Positions 13,097-25,227 of a DNA stretch of 64,000 nt are shown here, piece after piece. A program made the translations under genes and the position numbers. The DNA is from Octopus vulgaris (taxonomy: Eukaryota): assembly GCA_951406725.2 (NCBI GenBank), contig OX597814.1, forward strand, positions 70,246,001 to 70,310,000. The letters run 5' to 3'. Numbering within the stretch: position 1 is the stretch's first letter; each line of letters begins with the position of its first letter. The notes under the pieces were generated by a model. That model made no database searches. It saw nothing but the letters and a program-made list of their open reading frames with translations, and was not told the origin of the DNA.

Positions 13097-14500
13097 TGGA
13101 ATTTAATATTAATTCCAGGAAGGACTTCCCTGCAATGGGAAACGACAGTACTACAAAGGATACTGAGGAAAAGACAAGTTTTTTGCCATGGTCTGTGGTA
13201 ATGAGGTTGAAATGGCATTTAAAATGGAGCAATTGTACAGTTTTAGAAACTTAATTAAAAAAAGTGATGTTGAAACCAAGTTAATGCCGCCCCCAGAAAC
13301 AGTGGCGAAAATAAACACCAGAACAGTTGTATACAAAGTATACAGTGTAAAAGAAAAAAAAATGATGGAAGTAAAGAACAAGGTAGTTGAGAGGTGCTTG
13401 GCACCAGTGTGGAACAAAATATGCTACATTGGCCAAGGAATACATAGTGCGACTATGGAAGCACAGTTCCAATCGGCCAATGTAGCTAAGGAAATATCTA
13501 CGAGAACTCTAATAAACAATGAAATTATGCTGCTGCCCACTTATCTAGGCCGCAAAATAGCAAAAATTGTAATTGAAGAAATCCCAGGCGGTACGAAGTG
13601 TTGTGGGCGGCAGCAGCAGTCATTTTTAACATGGAGAATGAAGTAAATATACTGCAGATGACCAAAAAAGACACCGTAAACTGGAAAGGTCAAACACTTC
13701 GATTGGTGGTTCAAACCACCAATGAAACTCTTGAAAGTTTGCCCGACAGAATTTTTGTAGGGGAGGGGCATACAATTTGTATGTCGGTAGAAGGACGTAG
13801 GCCCAGATGCTTTAAGTGTGGGGAAAAGGGCCGCGTTTGCTCTACTTGTACCAAGAAAAAAAAAGAAAATGAAGTCCCTCCCCAAAACACCAGTGAAAGA
13901 AGCAGAAAAACCAAAGAAAACAACAGGAAATGACAAAACAGAAAAAAAGTGAATAAGGATAAAGCTCTGGAAAAAAACGAGGAGATGGAATTTACCCAGG
14001 TTACACACAAAAGAAAAGAAACAAATACCATGGACTCCCCTCCCCAAACCAAAAAATCTTTGCATACAGACAACATTAAAAAAATTCTCCAGCCCCATCC
14101 CAGTGGTACTGTGTTCATTGGAACACATTTTGCCAAACCCCTCATAAATTAGGATAAAAAAGTTAAAAAATGAAAAATTTATTTCATTCGACGCAATAAA
14201 TGAAAGAGTTTTTAGGTATATAAAAGCCCACTACCAAATAAAACTGTTAATAGAACAGCAGACATTCACTTTGCAAAGGTAGGGGAGGAAGCATGGAAGG
14301 ACAAGTTGTTACAGGAACATTTGCAAAACCAAGAAATAAAGGATGCAACACAGAATGTGGTGGAGAGCAAAGTGATTTTTAGCCTGGCAGCCATACCAGT
14401 TCAGAGCCCTGTGAAAAGCCCAGTGGCTATGTCTGCCAAGGAAAGAGAGGGGAAGCAGGCAGACATAAACTGCCATGCATCCTATCAAAACCCTGAGTAG
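13097..14500 (+). pseudogene. Tx1-like ORF1 (gag-like, CCHC knuckle), frameshifted
   Basis: Successive ORF pieces at 13042, 13188, 13598, 13949 and 14306. Confidence 0.75.
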
Positions 14501-14518
14501 GTCATTTTTCCTTCATCG

Positions 14519-17500
14519 ATGATTAAGTTAGGTTGTGTGAATGTGCATGGAATGGGGTCTAAATGGAAAAAGGCTTGTTTCCTGGACAATCTCAGGACAC
14601 ATGGTGTAGATGTGGCTATTGCAACCGAGTCCAAGATGAGTGGACCTCAAGTATTCTCGCCTCTTCTAAATGGTTACGAGAAATATATTTCTCCTAGCTA
14701 AGGAAGGGGAGGAGGCATGGCAGTCTTTATCAAGAAGAGCTTGAACTTACAGTAAGTACTGTTTTTCTGGACCCAGAAGATGAGCTGGTTGTCCTAGATG
14801 TGACACATGTAAATAAGCAGTCCTTCAGGTTGGTAGCTGTCCACGCTCCTAACGAGCATGTTGGGTTTTTTTTGAGACCTGGAGCACTTTCTAGTGATGT
14901 CTAAAATGGTAGTTCTGTGAGGAGACGTTAACACTATCCTAGATGCATAGGTGGATAGTGTTGGCTCGACTGATAGGAAGGGAAATTCTGGCCTCAAGGG
15001 TCCACTAGAGAGCTTTAATCTAGTAGACTGTTACCGATTGGATGAGCTGAGCATTCCACAATGGACGTGGAGTAACAACGATGGCTCACACAGATCATAC
15101 TTAGATAGGGTATTCGTTATGGAAAGAGATAAGAATACTTTTAGTTGTCCACAGTTTTCTATTGTGCCTTACACGGATCACAAATTTGTGACATGTGAGG
15201 TACATTTAGATAAATGTCATAGAAAGAGACCCAGGTACTGGAAGATGAACAAGTCTATTTTGACTTGTGAAGCCTTTTGTACCCGGATTAAGGAGTTAGT
15301 ACAGAGGGCATTATGTGGCACCATCATTAATAATAGGTGGTGGCACACCCTCAAAAGAGCCATCCGTTCAGAGTCCATTAGATTTAGCAGTCAGCTCAGT
15401 TTAGATACGACTAGAATAGAGGGCAATTTAGTTAAGAACCTAGATGAAGCTGTGGAATCTGGCTCTGCATCTAGAGTGCTGGTGGTGAGAATGGTCTTGT
15501 ATCATCACCTCAGTTCCAAGCAGGAAGGTTGCAGAGTTAGAGCTAAGCTATGTGCAGGGAAACGAGGAGGTATTAACATTGCTGGGTGGGCATGTCGTGT
15601 GGAAAGTCAGAGAGGTAAAAATACCTCTATAAAGTCTTTAACTGACGAGCAGGAGCGCAAGATCTATGGACAGGAGGAGATGCAGAATGTCTTTCACCAG
15701 TGTTTCGCCCACTTGTTCGGGGTGGAGGGTGGGGATTTGCCTGAGCGAGGGGAGGCCTTAAAGGACTTCCTAGCTGGTGGGCTGTGACTCGGCACATGAG
15801 GTGGAGTCCTGTGAAGGACCAATCACTCTCGCAGAGGTAAAGGAAGTGTTGGCCGAGTGCGCCGGGGAAAAGTCGCCGGAGCTGGATGGTTTGCCCTATG
15901 AGTTTTATTGTTGCATGCCAGACTTGTTCAGGGATATACTGGCAGGCATCTATACAAACTGGCAACAGAATGGAGGATTCCCAGTTCTGTGAGCTGGGGA
16001 GTGGTGATGCTGGTCCAGAAAGACCCAAGCAAGGGAGATAGTATTAGCAATTACAGGCCCATAACTCTACTTAATGTAGTGTTAAAGATTTTGGCCAAGG
16101 TGTTAGCAAAAAGGTTGACGGCTGTCGTGGAGAAACTTGTAGGGAAGGCACAGACATATGCAATCCCAAGCAGGTCGATTCAGGACAATCTCCACCTTAT
16201 CCGCTACACCTTTGACAGGGTTGGTAAATTACCTGGCAAAGCATTTGATAGGGTAGACCATTGGTACCTGGCAGCAGTCCTCGAAGTGGCTGGTTTGGGC
16301 CTGGGCTTTTGTGGGTGGATCTCCACTATGTACGGCAGTATCAAGTACACAGTCCAGATAAACGGTTACCTGATGGAGCCGTTTTCGATCAAGTGCTCAG
16401 TTCATCAAGGGTGTCCCTTGTCTCTGCTGCTGTACATGTTGGCTCTTGAGCCATTGCTGCAGAAGTTGGAAAAATTGGAAGGCAACCCTAATGAAATCGG
16501 ATGTGGTAAGTCTGTTTCTGCTTTTGTGGATGACATCACCTTCATCGTGTCCAACGTAGTAAAGCTACCTTGTGTAGAAGATGCTATCAGAGGATACGGG
16601 GCGGTGGCAGGAGTAAAAGTTAACAAGGACAAGTCCATCGGCTTGTGCCTTGGCACCTGGAGGAGCAAGTTGATATCGTCCAGTGTTGTGGGTCACTGGA
16701 CAGATGGTCCTATTAAGTTGTTTGGAGTTTGGGTTGGACCGGACTCCCAGACGGAGAAGAATTGAAATGAGGTGGCAGACAAGGTGGAGGCACTAGTCTG
16801 GACTTGGTCCGGAAGGGCTCTGTCCTTGAAAGGAAAGGCAGAGGTGGTACAGATGTTTATTGCATCTGTAATTCCCTACTACCTGACCATTGTCCCTTGT
16901 CCCAATTCGTGGCTAAACAAGTTGGAACGACTCCTTTTCTGCTTTTTGTGGAAGGGAGGAAAGCCACTTCTGAGGCACGCTGTTTGCTGCCAGGAACCAT
17001 TAAAGGGTGGGTTAGGAATGCCTTGGCTAAGGATGCGCAGACATGTGTTGAGGCTGAGGCATCTCTGGCACCACCTGGAAGGTGATAAGGTGTGGAGTCT
17101 GCTGGCAGAGGGATTCTTCCCGCGACCAACCTCTGTCGAGAGATTTAAACCCTGTTTCCTAAAAAGACGTAATCTGACTGTATGGCAAAAGGAGTGACAA
17201 CAGACACTCATGCTTATCCACAAGACGGGCAAGGCTGGCAGTGGGAATACCACCTCAGTGTTCTATAGAGGGCTGGTAGAGTACAAAAATGATGACATCC
17301 TAGGAGGGGCTCTGGGCGTCGACGAGAACCAACTTGCCAACCTGTTTCATAGGACTGTTGGGCCAGGATATTTGGATAATTACCAAAAATCCCAAGCCTG
17401 GCAGTGTTACAGGAATGCTCTACCTGTTTGCGAAAAGTTATCCAGGCACGGAATGTCAGTGCCACCAATATGCCCAAGATGTGGGCTGGACGACAATTGA

Positions 17501-17828
17501 TAAGTTACATTGAACACATGTTGTCACATCTGGAGGAGTACAGCTATTGGCTGGATCTATAATAAAGACGGTACCGCCAGCTGGACTCTCAAAGGAAGGT
17601 GAGGCATATTTTCTCTGTATGGTTTCAGTATTGAAGGAGTGTGTATGGAGATCTAGATTGGAAGGTATCATGACAGAGCCCTTTGTCTCTGACCCCAGGT
17701 TGCTCACTTACTTCAGGTACCATCTGAAAAGCAAGATGGGGTTGGAGAGGAAAACCCTGTTGCAGAGCATGTATGAAAAACAATGGAAGGATGTGAAGAG
17801 AAAGGTGGGTGTTAGTAACCCAACTTAA
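14519..17828 (+). pseudogene. Tx1-like ORF2 (APE endonuclease + reverse transcriptase), frameshifted
   Basis: ORF pieces at 14519, 14951, 15777, 15908, 16772, 17210 and 17547 are colinear with an L1/Tx1 ORF2. Confidence 0.9.
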
Positions 17829-17872
17829 TCATCAATGAAGGAAGAAATAGATAATCACTGGGCCTTACAGGC

Positions 17873-19038
17873 TGCCGGCAATTCCTGGCCTTTTATTTAT
17901 ATCAAATAATAATAACAATAAAAATCATTGGATCAGTGATATCAACTAGCTCTTCCACTCAAAATTGCTGGCCTTGTAAAATTAGAAATGCTATTATTAT
18001 TATTATTGCTAGCATTTCTGGCAAACCACACTTAACTTTAGCTTCAGAAAATTTATCAAAAAATTGAGTTTTTTACACTGAAATTCACTGTATTTACATT
18101 TGATAGGGGAGATATCTATATATTTTCAAGGGTGAATAAGCATCGACAGCAAGCAAGCCGAGCATTCCACAGTGGATGTGGAGTAACAATGACAGCTCAC
18201 ACAGATTGTACTTAGATAGGGTATCCGTTAGGAAAAGAGATAAGAATACTTTTAGTTGTCCACAGTTTTGTATTGTGCCTTTTACGGATCACAAATTTGT
18301 GACATGTGAGGTACATTTAAATAAATGTCATAGACAGGGCCCCGGTTACTGGAAGATGAACAAATCCATTTTGACTTGTGACGCCTTTTGTACCCGGATT
18401 AAGGAGTTAGTACAGAGGGCATTGTAAATATATACATCTCACATTCATCCTTCATATGTTTTATGTTCCTGCATGTCTTTGTATGTCCCCTCTGTAATTA
18501 GGCCTTGTGCCTGTACTAGACAATTTAGCTAGCAAGCCAAGCCTTTTCTCTTCAAGTCATTTTGATTGCCACCATTGTTATGTGAGTTTGATTCTGGTTG
18601 TTTCTGTTATTATAATTTGTTGATTGCTGTATTGTCATTTGAACTATTGTCTGTGTGTTAACTGTAGTTTTCGCCCTGCAGGGCCAAAAATACTGTTTAA
18701 AAAATTTTGTTGTTGGAATACTTCTTCCAAAAATTATTTTTTGTTTTCCCAGTACTGGGTGTTGTTTTTGTCAATAATGACAAGTAACAAAAAAATGGAA
18801 TTTAATATTAATTCCAAGAAGGACTTCCCTGCAATGGGAAACGACAGTACTACAAAGGATACTGAGGAAAAGACAAGTTTTTTGCCATGGTCTGTGGTAA
18901 TGAGGTTGAAATGGCCTCTGTTGCAGAGCATGTATGAAAAACAATGGAAGGATGTGAAGAGAAAGGTGGGTGATAATAACCCAACTTAATCATCAATGAA
19001 GGAAGAAATAGATAATCACTGGGCCTTACAGGCTGCCG
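17873..19038 (+). repeat. Tandem duplicate of 12172-17878 with a ~4.5-kb internal deletion
   Basis: 17873-18915 matches 12172-13216 and 18916-19038 matches 17756-17878, with only a few SNPs. Junction microhomology tgcc(a/g)g. Confidence 0.9.
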
Positions 19039-19209
19039 GGTGCGTTCCCTCTGTTTTGTTTTAAAAACAAAAGTCAAAATTAAATTGTATATAGTTGAAA
19101 TTCAAATTTTTAAAATGTCTATACGAACTCATCATAACATCTTTATGTATTTGTAATGTCTTGTAATGTCCCCATCTGTGTAAGATTTTTATAATCATGA
19201 TAAAAAATT
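19039..19209 (+). mobile_element. Tx1-like element 3' UTR
   Basis: Follows the ORF2 end. atgtcttgtaatgtccccatctgt resembles the tail of the short copy. Followed by cagctagcaagcc (19210-19222). Confidence 0.7.
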
Positions 19210-19222
19210 CAGCTAGCAAGCC

Positions 19223-19430
19223 ATGCTACTCCAGACTGATGATGAGCAATGACTGAAACTAATCTCTGGATGCTCGCTTTGCTGGGTGGAAGTGCTTATC
19301 TCCCCTTTGAAAACATAAGGACACAGAAAATGTGTCATGGCCAACTGGAAATAGTGTTTCCTAGGGCTAAATAGCAGCATTCTTCCCTTTCATGGGACTG
19401 CCACATTAAGTTGGCAACATAACATCACCT
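19223..19430 (+). mobile_element. 3' half of the old retrozyme-like element
   Basis: Shares TGCTACTC, ATAAGGACACAG, AAAATGTGTCA and TTCCTAGGGCTA, in the same order, with the repeat at 28128-28290. Confidence 0.75.
19230..19270 (+). ncRNA. Type I hammerhead ribozyme (degenerate)
   Basis: Stem I uccaga/ucugga, core CUGAUGA (19236-19242), GAAA (19255-19258), triplet AUC (C17 at 19264). Stems II and III are degraded. Confidence 0.7.
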
Positions 19431-19699
19431 TATCATGCTGCTACTGTATAAATCACTCTAGTTTTTAAAATGCAATATTTCTATTGTTATTCTTAATTAG
19501 TTTTCCTCTTTTCAAGGTTGCTTTAGTACATTTTACTAAGCCAAATGTCATATTTATTCCTTTAGTAAACTCATGCACTGTTTCTAGTTGTTTATCTGTA
19601 GCAATACTTCCAGTTGTTTATCATTTGCACCTTACAGTATCAACCATACTACCTGTTTTACCATAGTAGTTGTATCTATGTCCAGTTCTGTTTAACATA

Positions 19700-20360
19700 T
19701 TGGTTAAAGGTGTTAAACTAAAAACTGGAAAGAATGAAATCAGAAACCATGATTATGATGCTTTAAAATTGAGTATAATCAAAGAATTAAAAGCCACCTA
19801 CTGAACCATCCAAAAATTAGACAACAACAACAATAAAATCAAAAATTTGGCTATCACAGATGTAACTGTAACAGGAACAAATGTCCAGGTTAAATAATAT
19901 AATATATGCAGCAACTTCTATGGCCACAAAGAAAAGTGGATACTCCCTCAAATCTACCCAAATTAGAGTATAAAACATAGATATGGAAAACTAATATCCA
20001 GAAAAATAAAATAAAATAAAAAATATGTCAGTCCTTATTGAAATTAGTAACCAAACAACACTACTAAACCCTTATGATTCTTTAAACAAAACAAGCAATT
20101 TAACTCTAATCCAAAACAATTCTACCAAGAACTTGGTAAAAATAAAATAGAAATCAATGAAATACCAGCAGCAGCAGAAGGATTTTGTGAAGAAGTAAGG
20201 GTAACAAAGGAATTACCAGAAAAAAGATTATTCAAAACAACAAATACAGCACCTGAACAACTCTGGGCACCTATAATAACAGAAGAGGTAATCCAGGTAG
20301 TGCAAAAAATCAAGTAACCAACTGGAAGGTACCAAGACACCACAAGATACCCAGCTTCCC
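19700..20360 (+). mobile_element. R4/Dong-like LINE relic (pre-RT region)
   Basis: QNKQFNSNPKQFYQEL and ITEEVIQVVQK resemble the N-terminal part of R4-clade ORFs. Confidence 0.45.
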
Positions 20361-20399
20361 ATTTCTGTTTTTGTTGATCTTCAGCAGTCCTAGCATTTG

Positions 20400-21447
20400 A
20401 GTTTGTTGTGTTTCATTATTTACTTTTTGTTGCATGTGTTATCTCTATCTTCATGTTTTACGTTCTCATTATTTATATTAGTTCCAGGTATTCTAAGGGC
20501 ACTATTTGTATTTTTGTGATGTATTTTTCCTTTTAAATGCTCTGTTTCATTTCCATTCTGAGGATATATCTCTTTATGTTAGCTAGTTTATTGGGGTTCA
20601 TCGAAGTAGTCAGATTAGTGTTAGCTAGTTTATTAAGGTTTCTTTAATGACTTGATTTAGCTAGTTTATTAGGGTTCATCTATCCAATCTAGGTAGTTTA
20701 TTGGGGGCTGCTGCTGCTGGTGGCAGCTGCGGCAGAGGCAGCGGTGGTGGTGGTGTATTTACTTCCTGTGAATTAAGGTGGTGCTTTCTTTTCAAGTCTC
20801 AAAAACTTTACACTGACTTCTTGCACTATCAAATAATACTGTTTTCTGGATGTGATCTATTTTTTCCAACTAATTTTTAATTTCTTTGCTCAATGTACTT
20901 GGGTCACCAACAGTTATTGGCACAGTACAAACCTTCTGCATCAACCATACTTTTTTTCTTTCTTTCTTCAGAGATCCATAACTCATCAGTTGTTCTTTTT
21001 TATGACTCTCCTGTTCCCAGGGCAAGCAATGTCTCTGATCAAGCATGAGAGTCTACCAGTGCAATATCAGGATTCTGGTGTTCAATTCTATGATTTCATT
21101 GGCTCATGAAGTCATAAAGTATTTTTGCTCTGCTGTTTTCTACCACACCCTTTGGCTTATTTTTACACCATTTTCTTGCTTTTCCGATCCAAACTTGTTA
21201 CATAGTTCCCAGTGAACAATTCTGGTGACATCATCATGCCTTCTCTTGTATCTGCTATGGGCTAATTTGTTGCATTCACTTAAAATATGACACACTGTCT
21301 CTCCAGCTTTACCATACATTCTGCATTTGTCAGATTCTGTTAAATGATCAATTCTGTGCTCGATGTGGTTTGTTCTGAATGCTTGTTTTTGCATTGCACA
21401 TGTCAAGGTCTCTGTTTGAGGTTTCAGTTTGATTGTTTTTGTAACCA
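20400..21447 (-). mobile_element. R4/Dong-clade LINE C-terminus (CCHC finger and restriction-like endonuclease), split by an RTE insertion
   Basis: LKPQTETL...Q.QAFRTN...CRMYGKAGETVCHILSEC...YKRRHDDV...HWELC. Continues at 24868-25215. Confidence 0.7.
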
Positions 21448-24400
21448 CATCATCATCATCATCATTTAACGTCCGTTCTCCATGCTAGCATGGGTTGGAC
21501 GGTTCGACCGGGGATCTGGGAAGCCAGAAGGCTGCACCAGGCTCCGGTCTTATCTGGTAATGTTTCTACAGCTGGATGCCCTTCCTAACGCCAACCACTC
21601 CGTGAGTGTAGTGGGTGCTTTTTACGTGCCACCTGCACTGGTGCCAGGCGAGGCTGGCATCGGCCACGGTCGGATTGGTGCATTTTACGTGCCACCTGCA
21701 CGGAAGCCAGTCGAGGTGGCACTGGCTTCGGCCACGATTCGGATGGTGCTTTTTACGTGCCACCGACACGGAAGCCAGTCAAGGCGGCACTGGCATCGGC
21801 CACGATTCGGATAGTGCTTTTTACGTATCTCAAGTCCAGGGGTCCTGGCATCTGCCGGATGCCAGTCATAGGATTGGTTCAATTTCGATTCCGATTTCAC
21901 TTGCCCCAACAGGTCTTCGCAAGCAAAGGAGGCATAGGTTGCCTGTCATCGGATGAGGTTCAATATCGACTTCGCTTGCCTCAACAGGTCTTTGTGTGTC
22001 CAAGGGAGGAAAGGCATGCATAAGTAGGCTGGACTCACTTGTCCTGCCTGGTCTTTTCACGCACAGCATATTTCCAAAGGTCTCGGTCGCTGGTCATTTC
22101 CTCAGTGAGACCTAAAGTTCAAAGGTCATGCTTCACCACCTTGTCCCAAGTTTTCCTGGGTCTCCCTCTTCCATGGGTTCCCTCCACTGCTAGGGATTGG
22201 CACTTTTTCACACACCTATCTTCATCCATTCTCGCCACATGACCATACCAGCGCAATCGTCTCTCTTGCACACCACAACTGATGCTCCTTAGGTCCAACA
22301 TTTCTCTCAGGATACTAACGCTCTGTCGAGCATGCACACTGACATTACACATCCATTGGAGCATACTGGCTTCATTTCTCATGAGCTTACGCATGTCCTC
22401 AGCAGTCATGGCCCATGTTTCACTGCCATGTAGCATGGCTGTTCGTACACATGCATCATACAGTCTGCCTTTTACTCTGAGCGAGAGGCCTTTAGTCACC
22501 AGCAGAGGTAAGAGCTCCCTAAACTTTGCCCAGGCTATTCTTACTCTAGCCGTTACACTTTCAGCACACCCACCCCCACTACTGACTTGGTCACCAAGAT
22601 AACGGAAGCTATCAACTACTTCTAGTTTTTTCCCCTGGTAAGTGACAGAAGTTGTTTTCTGCAGATTTTCAGAGGTTAATGCTCCCGAGCATCTGCCACA
22701 TACAAAAACCATCTTCCTAGTTAGCCTTCCTTTGACATTGCTGCACCTCTTATGTGTCCATAGCTTACACTTGGTGCATCTTATAGAGTTTCTACCTACA
22801 CCTTTTCTACAGATTGAGCAGGGCCATCTACCTGAAGGCGTTTGTGATTTGTCTACCTTCCTACTTATTAGGACTTTGGTTTTAGCTAGATTGACTCTAA
22901 GGCCCTTCGATTCTAATCCTTGCTTCCACACCTAAAACTTCTCCTCCAGTTCTGATAGTGACTCAGCAATTAGAGCAAGGTCATCAGCATAGAGGATCTC
23001 CCAGGGGCATCCTGTCTTGAATTCCTCCGTTATAAATAGGAGGGGGCTGAGGACTGAGCCTTGGTGGACCCCTACCTCTACCCGGAATTCTTCACTGTAC
23101 TCATTGCCAACCCTCACCTTACTAGCAGCGTCCCTGTACATGGCTCGCACAGCTTTCACTAACCATTCATCTATCCCTAGTTTCCTCATTGACCACCAGA
23201 TAAGGGATCGGGGGACCCTGTCGAAGGCTTTCTCCATGTCAACAAAAGCCAGGTACAGGGGCTTATCTTTGGCTAGGTATTTCTCCTGCAGCTGCCTTAC
23301 CAGGAATATAGCATCAGTGGTACTTTTCCCTGGCACGAACCCAAACTGCATCTCATCTAAACTAACTCTCTCTCTAATTAGTTGGGTTATGACCCTCTCT
23401 GTAACCTTCATCACCTGATCCAACAGCTTGATACCTCTGTAATTATTTGTATCTAGGGCATCACCTTTACCTTTGTAGCAGTTGACTATTATGCTGCTAC
23501 ACCAGTCATTGGGTATGACTCCTTCATGTATCACCTGATTAACTATACGGGTGACTAGGCTATAGCCGACACTACCAGATATTTTGAGCATCTCTGCAGT
23601 GATACCTGATGGGCCTGGGGCTTTCCCTGTCTTCATGCTTCTAATTGCCTTATCTACCAAGGAACTATCAACTCTGATAGCTGGTCCCTCTGTTGGGTCA
23701 ACATTCGGCAGACTCTCTTTATCCCATTCATTTTCTTTATTCAGCAACCTTTCATAGTGGCGTCTCCCTTTTAGCAGTTTGATACAATACCCTGCTACCA
23801 CCATTCTTCCAGTGCCTCCAAGTCTGTCTCTTTTCTCTAATAGCCATGTCTACAACACTGTTCCACCACCACGTTACCTTGGGACGAGAGGGGACTTTGC
23901 ACCAGCCACAGATCTGGTCAGTGGCTCTCAGCAGGTTGTCCCTTAGATGCTATTTGGATCTATGTTTCTTGGTATCTCTCTCAAAAACTGATCATACATC
24001 ATCTTATACTTCCAGTTGTTTTCCTCCTCATCTTTGCATCCTCAATTAGCACAAGTGAACCATCTTCCATGCGAACACACTTCTCTCCTACCACATCACA
24101 ATTCTCTCTCACACACTGTCTTGCAATGCGAAACACCTCCAGTCTTTGGTCCTCACAGTGCAGAACATTGGCAAATTTTTTCTTATCTGCTTCCCCTCTG
24201 GCTAGATAGACCTGTCTCCTAGCTTCCCTTTTAGCAGTTTGATACAATACCCTGCTACCACCATTCTTCCAGTGCCTCCAAGTCTGTCTCTTTTCTCTAA
24301 TAGCCATGTCTACAACACTGTTCCACCACCACGTTACCTTGGGACGAGAGGGGACTTTGCACCAGCCACAGATCTGGTCAGTGGCTCTCAGCAGGTTGTC

Positions 24401-24867
24401 CCTTAGATGCTATTTGGATCTATGTTTCTTGGTATCTCTCTCAAAAACTGATCATACATCATCTTATACTTCCAGTTGTTTTCCTCCTCATCTTTGCATC
24501 CTCAATTAGCACAAGTGAACCATCTTCCATGCGAACACACTTCTCTCCTACCACATCACAATTCTCTCTCACACACTGTCTTGCAATGCGAAACACCTCC
24601 AGTCTTTGGTCCTCACAGCGCAGAACATTGGCAAATTTTTTCTTATCTGCTTCCCCTCTGGCTAGATAGACCTGTCTCCTAGCTTCCCTTTTAGCAGTTT
24701 GATACAATACCCTGCTACCACCATTCTTCCAGTGCCTCCAAGTCTGTCTCTTTTCTCTAATAGCCATGTCTACAACACTGTTCCACCACCACGTTACCTT
24801 GGGACGAGAGGGGACTTTGCACCAGCCACAGATCTGGTCAGTGGCTCTCAGCAGGTTGTCCCTTAGA
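21448..24867 (-). mobile_element. Young 5'-truncated RTE-clade LINE with (GAT)n tail
   Basis: RT motifs NYRGIKLL, QFGFVPGKSTTDAIF, FVDMEKAFDRVP, GVHQGSVLSP and YADD, a Cys-rich insert, HGSETW and RGRPRKTW. (CAT)n at 21448-21465. Confidence 0.95.
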
Positions 24868-24951
24868 TGCTATTTGGATCTATGTTTCTTGGTATCTCTC
24901 TCAAAAACTGATCATACATCATCTTATACTTCCAGTTGTTTTCCTCCTCAT
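23765..24951. repeat. 460-bp tandem repeat, about 2.6 near-identical units
   Basis: Identical ORFs start at 23846, 24306 and 24766. Each unit contains the RTE/R4 junction. Confidence 0.95.
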
Positions 24952-25215
24952 TTTTGTCTTTATTTTGCAATTCATCTTGTCCTAACTGCTTTCTGTACAT
25001 AATAAATGTGCATTCTTTGCATACCAAACAATATTGTTTACCTCTGAACAGAATCCCCACCCTTGTTTCTTTTGCAGTCCCTTTGTTCTCCATTATATCA
25101 CTCCTACTCCATATCTCAAGAGAGCATTTGCCCCTGCAGTTTAGTCTTCAAAATCAAATTCAGCTTTCTGAAATACTCATGAGATAATATGTTCTTCATC
25201 TTACCCATGTCTATA
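24868..25215 (-). mobile_element. R4/Dong-like LINE piece (upstream continuation of 20400-21447)
   Basis: NWKYKMMYDQFLREIPRNIDPNS joins WL...LKPQTE once the RTE is removed. Confidence 0.6.
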
Positions 25216-25227
25216 AAAAGTAGATCG

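Larger units (their letters stand above)
12843..17878 (+). mobile_element. Near full-length Tx1/L1-clade non-LTR retrotransposon (defective)
   Basis: ORF1 has a zinc knuckle CFKCGEKGRVCSTC. ORF2 has APE motifs (GCVNVHG, SYLDRVF, YTDHKFV), RT motifs (SPELDGLPYEFY, NYRPITLLN, KAFDRVDH, QGCPLS, FVDD) and a C-terminal CPRCG. Multiple stops and frameshifts. Confidence 0.9.

Noticed and set aside
13541-17707. Minus-strand ORFs overlapping the Tx1 element
   Set aside because: Antisense shadows of the LINE ORFs with no independent motifs.
20581-20710. CRISPR-like repeat-spacer array
   Set aside because: Eukaryotic context, short degenerate repeats, uneven periods (42, 36, 32) and no cas genes.
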